Assembly: GCA_964016885.1 (NCBI GenBank)
Contig: OZ024741.1
Location: forward strand, 282,286,001-282,350,000
Length of the DNA stretch: 64,000 bases
Source of the DNA: Eledone cirrhosa
Lineage: Eukaryota
Direction of reading: 5' to 3'
Numbering within the stretch: the first letter of the stretch is position 1; the number at the start of each line of letters is the position of its first letter. The notes beneath the pieces were generated by a model, which saw nothing but the letters and a program-made list of their open reading frames with translations, searched no databases and had not been told where the DNA came from. This document shows, piece after piece, positions 12,389 through 23,186 of the stretch. Both the position numbers and the translations under genes were made by a program.

Positions 12389-12964
12389 CTGGTAACATGT
12401 ATCCCAGTACAACCTGTCTCATGGTCGGGTCGTTGGCGACTAAACTGGCAACCCCACCAAGGTTTCTTGGTGAGGAGGGTGACTTTGGACATCCTGCAGA
12501 ACTAAAAGCAAAACCTGTCAAAGGGCCCTTAAGAGTCAATGGCCATCCAAAATCACCGGGAGAGATGACCCCTTAGCCTTTGTCAAGGCAGAATTCTAGG
12601 AGAAGGAAAACTCTGATATAACACCTGCAACCCTGATGGTATCCAATGATGTTGACTTGTTCTTCTTTTTGGTAAATATCATCTTGGTTACGAGAGTGGG
12701 ACTGGCTTTGTGCAGTGCCTTTGCTCACTATAAAAGCTTCACGGCACAGGCATTGCTTTATATCTGGAGATCTCTCTGCACTTGTCGTCATATGGTACCA
12801 TGGGCACAGCACTATGTGTCAATAATTGTCACAAGTGTAGTGTTTGTACCAGAGTTTTCAAGTCGCTGGCTGGACTAAAAAGTCACTCGTTCAGCGTATC
12901 GGTAGGGGTTCTCCTACATGGATATAAAGTAGTGGCCATACTCGAAAACGAGTTGGCAGCCACC
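12389..12964 (+). mobile_element. Bipartite (internally deleted) non-autonomous RTE-like element
   Basis: 13-bp TSD atatacgcaccta (12376-12388, 12965-12977); RTE-type 5'UTR motif ctaggagaaggaaaactctga; 3' part encodes a C2H2 remnant CSVCTRVFKSLAGLKSH. Confidence 0.8.
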
Positions 12965-13529
12965 ATATACGCACCTATGTATGTATCATCATCATTTAAG
13001 GTCCATTTAAATGTGTATATATATATATAAAGTCTGCAAAATTCTATAAAAACTAATATGAAAATTCACTGTTCAAATCTAAATTAACTTACTAGTATTT
13101 ATATATTAATAAGATGATATTACTGCTATATAGAAATTCTGATATCAAAATAAAATTTGTTCAGGAAACTTGTTTGAGAAAACCATGCATATTTATCTAG
13201 GTCTAAGATTATTCAGACATATACAAACTTAAATATTTTGAAGTTATGAGCAAGTATAATAGTTTCAGCAGCTGCATAAGACTTATGATTCAGCCCTATG
13301 TAAGCTATCAATTACCAAAATATTACTGAAGGTTGTTGAGGAGTCTATTTAAAAGTGTGCATAAAACTGCACTTGAAATATGACTGAAAATACTAAAAAA
13401 GTGGAGAAAGAATCATAAGTTGAAATGTGGTAATTTCAAGCACTAGCTCGGTTTACAATGTAAAAACTATGTAAGCTAAATTGGAAATAAATTTTTACAA
13501 CAGGTAAGTTATCTTATGTTTATCTCGGT

Positions 13530-13770
13530 AACGAGGTTAGTGATAGAAAGGGCATCTGGCCATACCCCCCCCCCCCCCAAATAATGGGTCAGGAGGATTC
13601 TTCAGCTGTGTCAAGTGCATGACAACTTCCCTAGTGTTCGTGCCATGATAGAATGTACTTGGTAGAGTGTGGGGTTGTATGTTGGGCTCCCACCTGGAGG
13701 TCAGTGGCTTTACTTGAGTACCGGATGAACTGTGATGACACATCCAACTCTTTCTAGCAGGAAGATTGGT
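13530..13770 (+). mobile_element. Decayed RTE/SINE-related fragment
   Basis: gttagtgatagaaagggcatctggccata resembles the gttggtgttaggaagggcatccagc domain of the family 1 RTE 3'UTR; GC content is above the flanks. Confidence 0.5.
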
Positions 13771-15485
13771 ACAAAACAATGATATTGATGTATCAGTAGA
13801 TTGGAAAAAGAAGTTAACAAAGATGTTAGCAAAAACTCAAGATATGTATTTTAAACAAAATATTGATCAAAGTAATCAGGAGAACCCAAAGAAAGTAGTG
13901 ATGGTCTAAGTAGAAAGTTTGACAAAGATGAAAAGTTATTTTGCCAAGAGGCATAGATATTTAACATTTGGGGCAGCATCTTTCAACACTCGAAATATTA
14001 AGCTTAGCTTCCTGGAGGCGAAATAATCTGTTCCTTCATTGCAAACTTTTTGTAATAATCAAACAATTTAACAAGTTTATAGTGCAAATCTATGTAAATC
14101 ATAGACTTGTAAAAAAACATCTGAATTGTTTCCATACAAAATGTTTGTGTAAATTATTAAACATTGAATGAATTAACTTCATCATAAAGGAGGAAAAGGA
14201 AAAAAAGGAGCTGCTTGTCAGATCAGACAACTTAAACTATGTTTCTATTGGTGATACTATCTGTCAGTTGCAACCCCTGACAGAAGAAAGGAGAAAATCA
14301 TCAGATCAAACAATGGAAACTGTTTCCACTGGGTTTTTTTTTCCATTGCTGATACTATCTGCCAGGACAAAGTCAGTACTTAATCAGAGCTACTGTTTGT
14401 TATTAACATTTTATGTAAGAACTTTTGTTATGTCCTGAACACCAGATAAATATTGAGAAAGTTAGTTATATTACTAAATCCCTCCAAATTTTTTTTATTA
14501 TTTTCAAAATTACTGGAAAATCGTAGGCAGTGTGTTTCATTGATATGGCAATGAAAAGGTTAAAAGGAAGAAAAAAAAACACACTAATTAAGTGGTGAGA
14601 GACTGTGCTGGAAAGGACCTGATAATCTCATACAAGCATGGAAAAGCAGATGTAAAAATGATGATGATGATAGGTAGAAATGGTAACAAAGTAGGGAGAA
14701 AATATGAGAGAATAGGAGATGAGAAATGTGACTAGTGCAGAATGAATGTCAAATTTTACAGTATAAATTTTAATTCAACTAAACAAGCAAACTTTTTAGG
14801 TTTCCAGTTACAGAAGGCTAGAGAAATGACAGAAATGTCATGTGATGTATCAATACGAAATGACAAGAAACAGTTTCCTGTGGAACCTAATAGTAAAAAA
14901 TAATAATAATAAAAATATATATAAAAATCAATTAATTTGATACTCTAAAGAATTTTGTATTCAATTAGTGAAAAAGAATTACACTTATGAAAAATATTTT
15001 TACTGTTGAAATTCATTAAAAATAATCTATGATCATATACATGCACACATATACACTGGTACTCACACAATACATGCGCACACAACATATATACATACAT
15101 GCACATGTCTCCCCACCTCTTTTATTTTTTACCAAATATTCACATAGAAATGTGCTATTTAATTATTGGCTTTCTAAAATAAATTATTACAGGTATTAAT
15201 TAGTGTAATCTTATGAAATGAAATAATACTTATTCTACTTCATATTATATCCTTAGGCTAAGCTTCTAAATTTAATTGCTTATCAAAAAGCCTTTCTACT
15301 TAACCATTTAGACACCAAACAACTTGAAACTGCTCCTGATTCTACAATACAAAACTGTTTATTTTAAAGTGTAAATATTTATCTAAAAAGTAGAATTATG
15401 TGGTTTGTTTAATGACAGCACAACTAAAGCAAAATTTGATCTTAAAACTTTTGACAAAGTTGTATTCTAACAACTGAAAGAATGA

Positions 15486-15737
15486 ACCCTTTTGATATCA
15501 AACCACCTGAAACTGTTCCTGGTTGAATTGCACAAAACTGTTTATTTTAAAGTATTTATATTTATCGAAAAAATTCTCATCATAATGTTATGTAAGAACC
15601 TTTATGAAGTTATGTTCAAGACACCAGCTCAATAACAAGAAAATTAGTTATATTGTTAAATCTCTCAAAATTGTTGATTATTTTCAAAATTATATAAAAA
15701 TTATAGTCTTATATGAGGAATACGGTAACAAAAGGGT
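15486..15737 (-). mobile_element. Family B piggyBac-type MITE (representative near-complete copy)
   Basis: CCCTTTTGATATC...GGTAACAAAAGGG-ttaa. Further copies or fragments at about 3736, 10990, 14400, 15301, 16110, 16995, 35745, 36742, 37323, 39350, 41093, 46820, 47045, 49620, 50319, 55502 and 61745. Confidence 0.85.
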
Positions 15738-16163
15738 TAATTAAGAAGTTACTATCCCTGCATTGAAAGAAATGCATGACAGATTTTATGGACAAAGTTA
15801 ACTGGCAGCAGACTCAGCTAAATCATCTAGAAATGCCTGCTTCTAATAGGACCCTCTTGTCTGAGGGCCTGCCCTGATAACCCTAGAAGTCTAAGATGAA
15901 GAAGATCATTGTTTTTAAAAGGATATTAGATATGGCAGACCTCCAAATAAATGGACTTACAATATATAGATTCATCTCTTTACATTCTGGGACCAAATCC
16001 TTTAAGAGTTCACCCTATCACCCACTTCAGTATATAAAATAAATAGCAGGTACATGTCCGTAGTATAGGAACTTTGATCTACCTGTGAAAAGATAGTAAC
16101 TTCATATTTAATCCCTTTGTTACCATATTTCTAATGTAAGATATTGCTTATCATTTTCAAATA

Positions 16164-16369
16164 CAAGGTGGGCTAAAAGTCACTTCCTATTAAAAATATT
16201 CATAATTTTTTTTATTATTAAAATATTATATATATTTTCTTTTCAGATTAAAGTTGAATAAAAACAAGATCCAATTATGGAAAAATACACCCTCCAAGAA
16301 AAATTAGTTTTGAGCTAATTTGTAATGTTTTAATAAACATAACTAAGAAGTGACTTTTGGCCCACCCTG
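16164..16369. mobile_element. Tc1/mariner-type MITE inserted in a family B element
   Basis: ta-CAAGGTGGGCTAAAAGTCACTTC...GAAGTGACTTTTGGCCCACCCTG-ta: 23-bp TIRs and a TA TSD. Confidence 0.92.
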
Positions 16370-16518
16370 TACTTTTGAAAATAATCAAATAACAAGTAGC
16401 AGGCAAATGCTGGAACTAATAAAGCATGTATTTTACATTAAAGTCACTTTAGTTATTGTCCCAGCTTCATTCCACTTCAAACATTCACCATGTGTCTAGC
16501 CAAAGAAGAGGATTAATA

Positions 16519-16768
16519 CAAGGGAATCTTGGTTCACGAATGGTGTCTCAGATAATGAACATGCAAGCTGGCAACAACGGTAGGCAACAAGCTTGGAGTA
16601 TTGGCAGGAAAGTGTCACTTGCTATGTAGTTACGATGGTGATATCTATCTCTCTTTCACACAGTCTCTCTCACTGTATTTTTCTCTCAACATTACGTATG
16701 GGAAAAATAGTTTTGGTTTATGAACAGCCTTCAGGAATGAATGAAGTTCATGAACCGAGGTTCCACTG
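16519..16768 (+). mobile_element. Tigger/pogo-like MITE
   Basis: ta-CAAGGGAATCTTGGTTCACGAA...TTCATGAACCGAGGTTCCACTG-ta. Confidence 0.85.
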
Positions 16769-17187
16769 TATTAAATTATCAATACCAATTAACTTTTGAA
16801 ATGCATTTACATACAGTACAATTTCGATATTATTTGTATTTTGGTATGTTTTGGACAGAAAAAAAAAAAAATTCATAAGGGTTTTAATGTCTGCTTAGAT
16901 TTTAAAAAAAAAAAGTGTTCTTTTTCTTTCTTTATTTTGAGGAAGTGACTAGTTAGGTTTTTAATAGCAATTAACTAAGATGACTAATGATATTAAACCC
17001 TTTCTTTTGTCAGCATATTTCTAATGTGAAACATTGCCTGTGAGTTTTAAATAATTTTGAAGATAATTATGAATATGGAGAGATTCGGTAATACAACTAT
17101 CTTTTCATTATTTAACCAAGCACCTTGAATATGGCCTAACAAAAGTTCTTACATAAAATTCTGATGGAAGGCTTTTATAAATATATT

Positions 17188-17408
17188 ACCTTGGCTCATG
17201 AACTTAATTCGTTCCTGAAGGCTGTTCATAAACCGAAACTATTTTTCCCATATGAAATGTTGAAAGAGAAATCCAGTGAGAAAGAGAGATAGATATCACC
17301 ATAGTAACTACACAGCAAGTGACGCTTTCCTGCCAATACTCCAAACTAGTTGCCAACCGTTGTTGCCAGCTTGTTTGTTCATTATCTGAGACACCATTTG
17401 TGAACTGA
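17188..17408 (-). mobile_element. Second, inverted copy of the Tigger/pogo-like MITE (ends eroded)
   Basis: Reverse complement matches 16530-16760; ORFs 16593+ and 17204- share EYWQESVTC.VVTMVISISLSH. Confidence 0.9.
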
Positions 17409-17830
17409 ATAGTTATATATTGTAGAACCAAGGATAGTTTCAGGCTGGTTTGTTTAAATGAGTTTTATTCCTAAAAAGATCCAATCTAATATTGAATAAA
17501 GAATGACGAAGAGGATATATCTACAGAAATAGAAATATAAGTCTTCTTTGTAACAAAGTTGTTTGGACTACAGTGTTTTTAAAGTGATATGAGAAGTATG
17601 ATGAAAAACAAAAACCTTATGCAAAAGCAGTCAAGTAAAGTATTCTGAATTTTGAGGAATAGTTAGTGTTATGAGATATGAATTACACTTTGTGTGATCT
17701 ACTTTAAAATTGAGATACATAGAACTGCAGTGAGAAAGAGTTTCTGTATAATCTTACATAACTGTAGAAATTCTATGTTTATTTTTCTTTGGGTTTGTTT
17801 TTACTAATATGAAAAACAGTGGCTTTTATA

Positions 17831-18130
17831 AGGTGGCAAAGTGGCAGATAGAATGCTTTGTGGTATTCATTCTGGTTCTCTGTGCACTGAGCTCAAATCC
17901 CACCTGGTCAACCTGTCCATCCATTTGAAGTGGATAAAAAGAAGTACCAGTCCAGTACAAGGGCTGATTCTTCCTCTATATCTCTTTCTCACTTCCTTTC
18001 TTTTAATCTTTCTCTTTCTCATGGAGAAATAAGCTGTAGTCAGACCTGGAGAGGGAACAGGTACCACCAGATTTAAAATGCCCAAGACATGCCGTATTTC
18101 ATGACGGTGCCTATACTATTCCACCAGGAG
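17831..18130 (+). mobile_element. Long-tailed SINE subfamily (A-type head and core, different 3' body); copies at about 25120-25417 (-), 26005-26343 (-) and 28572-28892 (+)
   Basis: A-type core, then a CT-rich linker and a shared cagacctggag...ttaaaatgcc body. Confidence 0.75.
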
Positions 18131-18467
18131 TTACAGCACAACACAACACCAAAATGAAGAAAAGGGAAATAAGGCAGCAACAATAAGATGAGAAATTTTG
18201 CTGCCAATTACAGATAATATTGAGAGTATCAGAAATAAATAAAAAAAAATCAGAATATTAACATTGCTGAAATCAATGTCTGTATAAGGCAAAATAATAA
18301 CAAAAATATAAAGAAATACTTAAAAGAATAGATATCGTATTTTTGAGTGATTTTCTTTTTCATAAAACAAATTCTTTTAAACTTTCATTCAACCTATTAT
18401 TTCATCATGGAAAATAGATTATGATTTTAAAATAGATAGTTGAGCTTTGAATTTATTCTAAGGAAGT

Positions 18468-18908
18468 TTGATGCCTGTTACATGGTAGTGAGACATGGGC
18501 AGTGAATGCAAAGGATTTGTGAAGGCTGTATATAAATGAAGCAAGCATGTTCTGATGGATGTGCAATGTTAGTATGTGTGAATGATAAAGCATGGGTGAG
18601 CTAAGAGAAAAGCTGTATATAAGAGGATGCAGATGTTGTGTGCAGGAGAGAAGACTGCACTGGTAAGGACATGTGAGGTATATGGATGATAATAATTTTG
18701 CTAAGAAATATTAAGAAATCCCAGTGGAAGGAAGCTGCAGTAGGAGACCAAGGAAGACCTGGGCTGAGGTTGTGAATGCTGATCTCAAATTGCTGAAGTT
18801 CACAGTGGGGATGATAGAGGACTGCAAAGAGTGGAGGGATGCTGTGCTGCAAAATATTCATCTTTCTCTTGTAAGCATGGAAAAGTGAACATATGATGAT
18901 GATGATGA
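18468..18908 (+). mobile_element. Decayed RTE 3' fragment
   Basis: catggtagtgagacatggg (HGSETW), gagagaagactgcactgg, ggaagacctggg, (GAT)n tail. Confidence 0.88.
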
Positions 18909-19589
18909 AAGTTAAAATAAATGGAGAGCAATGTTTTCTGTTATAAATACTGACATTCTGAAATATTGATCTAATTTGTTCTAAAGAATTGAAAAAGTCA
19001 ATAAAGACTAAATACAAACTGCTTAAATTATTGATGGAAATCTTAATAGAGTTGATAGGAGTTCAAATGCTGTGAAAAACATGATGATTTATTAAAGAGG
19101 ACATGTAGCGACATTAATTTTTTAAAAGGTTGCTTATCAACTCCTAGCCCTATGTAGAGTGTGGGTGAAGATGATAGAGCAAGGAAGGTTATTGTATGAA
19201 ATGGAAAGTAACGAATGAAATAATTCGATTAAATATCCAGATAGGTAGTAATGTAAGTACACACCATGCATACATGCACGTGTAGATACATACACAAAAC
19301 TTAAACACACATGTCTTCCCTCAAGGATTACAGGGCATAAATAAACAAAACTTACTTCAGTCAGAAAACAAAATTACAACACTTCTCATTGAAAGCTAAT
19401 ATCTTGTTTAAAAGGAACTCACAATATTAAAATACTGAAATCTAAAAAGGATGAAGTCATAGGGCACTGTAGTGATACATGACATGTCTTAAGAATTTTT
19501 AAAACTTGGTGGAGGCCATCCCCCTCACAAGGTTTAAACACAGCCGATTTCATAAGAGAGAGAAATAGAGGGGTAGGGTGGTAGGGGGA

Positions 19590-20615
19590 AGAGGAAGAAC
19601 CAGCCCCAGTATCGGGCTGGTACTTTTTTTTTACATGAAATGGATGAAGGACAAAGTGGATCTTGGTGGGTTTTGAATCAGAGTGCAGAAAGATGGAAAG
19701 CAAAACATTCTATCTGACGTTTGAACAATGCTGCCAATTTACCACCTCATTCTGGTAATAAAAGGCACTGATTTTCTTTTTAGTAAAAGCTAACCAGAAG
19801 AAACTCTTTCTCACTATAGTCATGTGTACTCGATTTTAAAGTAGATCACAAAAATAACATTCTAATGACTGCCAATTCACCGCCACTCTAAAAATCTTGC
19901 TTCAAGTAAAATTTATGATAAAAATGTTTAAATGAGAAGCAGGAGCAAGGAGGCCGGAGGGTTAAAAGTGATTCTAAAAATATAGTCCATTAACAGTAAA
20001 AAGAAGAAAAGTGAATTATAATTGATGCATTTTATTGGATGCAATAGATGTATTCAATAAGCGTTCCTTTTTTATTTTGTTTTGTTTTGCAGGAAAATGA
20101 TAGATTACATGACTGCTACTTTATTTTATCGAGCCTGGAAAGATGAAAGGCAAAGTTGACATTGGTGGGATTTGAATTCAGAATGTAAAGAGCCAGAACA
20201 AATACAACAATGACATTTTATTCGATGCTCTACTAATTCTGCCAATCCACCACCCTAAAAAACATGTTTGATTAATTTCTTTGTTGTACATGTTTGGCAA
20301 GAAATTTCATCTGAGATCGTATATAGAATCTATACAATTGTATTGTGATAGAATCATATTGGCCATTTAAAAGACACACATATTCATTTCTGTTGTATTA
20401 TTAATTTTTAAGAGGAGCATTCCAGAATTGGTAGAGTGTCAGTCAAAATGACTTGCACAACTTTCTACATTTTGAATTCCAGTCACACAGAAGTCAACTC
20501 TGCTTTTACCCTTCCAGAGTTGAAAAAATAAAGTACCATTTAAGTACTAGGTCAAAATAATCAACTTTCCTCTTCCACCGAATTGATAATCATGTGTCAA
20601 TATTAGAAAGAATTA
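19590..20615. mobile_element. Cluster of three degenerate family A SINEs (about 19590-19750 -, 20090-20256 -, 20420-20615 +)
   Basis: Diverged matches to gatgaaaggcaaagttgac..ggatttgaa and its reverse complement. Confidence 0.7.
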
Positions 20616-20845
20616 TTAATTTTTTTTTATGATCTATTTTATTTATGTATCAGAGTTTTTTTCCATAAAAAATAAGATCACCAATTTTCTATTTAATTTT
20701 GTTTTAAATTGAAATTTTACTTAAAACATTTTACACAAACAATTTATTACTAGTGAACCTGCTCCATTAATCATTTTGAACATATTTAAGTTTTGGAGTC
20801 CAGGATTGACATGCCATATATTCCAATATTACTGGATATATGAAC

Positions 20846-20931
20846 TTTGCCTTTCATCCTTACGGGGTCGATAAAATAAAGTACCAGTAATGCACTGGGT
20901 AATTGATGGCCTTGTGCCAAAAGTAGAAACA
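20846..20931 (+). mobile_element. 5'-truncated family A SINE with 18-bp TSD
   Basis: TSD attactggatatatgaac at 20828-20845 and 20932-20949. Confidence 0.92.
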
Positions 20932-21107
20932 ATTACTGGATATATGAACAATAATACGAACTGGGAAATTCACATTTTGATAACGTAATGGTTTGCATAA
21001 GAGAAATCCTATAGTTTATATTGTTTATGGACATGTAGGAGTGTTTGAAGATCAGAATATTTTAATAATTTGTTTCTAGCATATAATAACATATTTGTAC
21101 AAATGAC

Positions 21108-22023
21108 TAAATTCTGGCTATGGAAACAGCAGTTGGAATTAAGAGGACTGAGAGTGAACTTAGCTAAGACAAAAGTGTTGATGAGTAGAAAAGAGGACAA
21201 AACTCTGATTCCGTCAGAGAAATGGCCATGTTCGATATGCAGAAAAGGAACTGGCATAAATTTTATAAAATGTACACAATGCAGATCTTGGGTACACAAG
21301 AGATGTAGTGGGATAGCAGGCAAACTAACAGGTAGGGAGAAATATGTATGCAGTAGATGAACAGGGAAATTTGACAGTAGAAGTCGCATTGATAGACACA
21401 TTTTTCCAATGCCGGTGGGTTCTGTAGAAGTGGTTGATAGCTTCCGGTATCTAGATGATCAGATTAGCATGGAAGGGGGTGTTCCGAGGCCATAGTATCT
21501 AGAATAAGGACCGGTTGGAAGAAGTTTAGGGAGCTGCTTCCTCTGCTGACGAAGAAGGGTTTCTCCCTGCGTACGAAAAACCGGTTATATGATGCCTGTG
21601 TGAGGTGCGCGAGGCTGCATGGTAGTGAGACATGGGCAGCAACTACAGAGAATATGCGACAGTTGGAGAGAAATGAGGCAAGCTTGCTCTGTTGGATGTG
21701 CAATATTAATGTGTGTGAACGACCGAGCATGGATGTGTTGAGAGAGAAACTGTGTCTGAGAGGGATAAATTGTAGTGTGCGGGAGAGGAGACTGCGATGG
21801 TATGGACATGTGATGCGCATGGAGGATGACCGATGAGTGAAGAAGTGCCAGGAAATGCCAGTTGAAGGAAGATGCGGTAGAGGAAGACCACAAAAAACAT
21901 GGGCGGAGGTGGTGAGAGCAGACCTCAGATTGCTGAAGCTCACGGTGGAGAGATGCTGTGCTGAATAGGACCCGTCCCACCCTTACAAGCAGGGAAAAGT
22001 GGACGTAATATGATGATGATGAC
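21108..22023 (+). mobile_element. RTE-clade LINE family 2, 3' fragment
   Basis: GLRVNLAKTK, PHD-like CSIC..CTQC..WVHKRC, HGSETW, RRLRWYGHVMR, short 3'UTR, (GAT)n tail. Confidence 0.95.
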
Positions 22024-22175
22024 ATACAAGATTAAATGTATGAGTAACTTTTTAGAAATATGTATTTACAGGGACAAATGTAGGATTAGAACTTAATATC
22101 TTTTGATTTGAAAGCAAGCTTTTTATTAAGGCAAAATGATTGATATAAGAAATGAATTGAGTGTATGTTTGTGTG

Positions 22176-22541
22176 TGTAAATTTTTAAGTTACAGATAAA
22201 TATATAAATGTCCTTCGCCCTAGGACCACTTCCCTACTCACTACCATCGACACAGAGTTTGCTACCTACAGGTGTGAGCCTAGCAAGCTGGATAGCTCTT
22301 CCAGTGCATCTCCCTCACCATCCTCCGGGTAAACACCTTCTTTATTCTGTCCACCAGAGCCATGGGGCGGCCCAGCGCATGGGCCCCCACTTCCTTATAA
22401 TAGTGAGAGATGGGGAGAGCGGGAGAGTCAGAGGCAGTGAGAGTTTGGTTCTATTGTGTTCGGACCTGGTGTATATGTATATATTTATTTATAAGTATAC
22501 ATGAAAAATGATGTTATTTAAGCTGGTTGGTTACATCTACA
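22176..22541. mobile_element. Possible solo LTR or GC-rich unclassified insertion
   Basis: TGTA...TACA bounds, GC-rich interior, TATA-like and AATAAA-like motifs; no TSD found. Confidence 0.35.
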
Positions 22542-23126
22542 ATATTTCTTAGTAGTAACAACAAAAGCAACTACAATACACAAACACAAATGGTTAAAAA
22601 GGTTTGCTTTGTAGTCATTAGGTCACGGGTTTGATCTCAGTGTGTCGTATTTTTGGCAAGTATTATTTACCATAGGTCTGGGCTGATCCATGCATTGTGA
22701 ATGAAATTTCAGTAGATGGAAGTTGTGTAGAAGCACATCAGATGGACTGTGTTAATAATTCAAAGGTGCCAGCCTTGTCACACAGTGTAGCATGCTGAAT
22801 CTTCCTGTGGATTATAATTAATGGTTTCTTATGTCTGTGGAATGCTCAGTCACTTACATGTTGATATAACAAGCATACTGTTTCTGCTATTCCTTCCAAT
22901 AGGAGACCCACTTCTGTGAACCAGTTAAAAAAAGTTCACAAAAAGAATCAGTTAAAAACGTTCACAAAATAGAAATAAGTCCATATGGAATTTTAACATT
23001 TCTTAGCTTCTGTCTATCTGTCTGTCTGTCTGTCTGTCTGTATGTTTTGTCTCTCATTTTGAAAGGAAATTTTCCTCATCCTCTGAATTGTAAGAATGCT
23101 TTACAAATTATTTTTTGTATGCATAT

Positions 23127-23148
23127 GTGTGTGTCTGTATGTGTGTGT

Positions 23149-23182
<34 letters not shown>
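23127..23182. repeat. (GT)n microsatellite
   Basis: Seen directly. Confidence 0.95.

Positions 23183-23186
<4 letters not shown>

Larger units (their letters stand above)
20745..22092 (+). repeat. Old repeat (family C) split by a SINE and an RTE; uninterrupted inverted copy at about 39778-40120
   Basis: Blocks gaacatattt..ttttggagtcca, aatggtttgcataaga and gtatgagtaactt..tatttacagggacaa match the reverse complement of 39778-40120. Confidence 0.8.

Noticed and set aside
12782-13030. Host C2H2 zinc-finger gene
   Set aside because: Single incomplete finger inside a TSD-flanked RTE-derived element.
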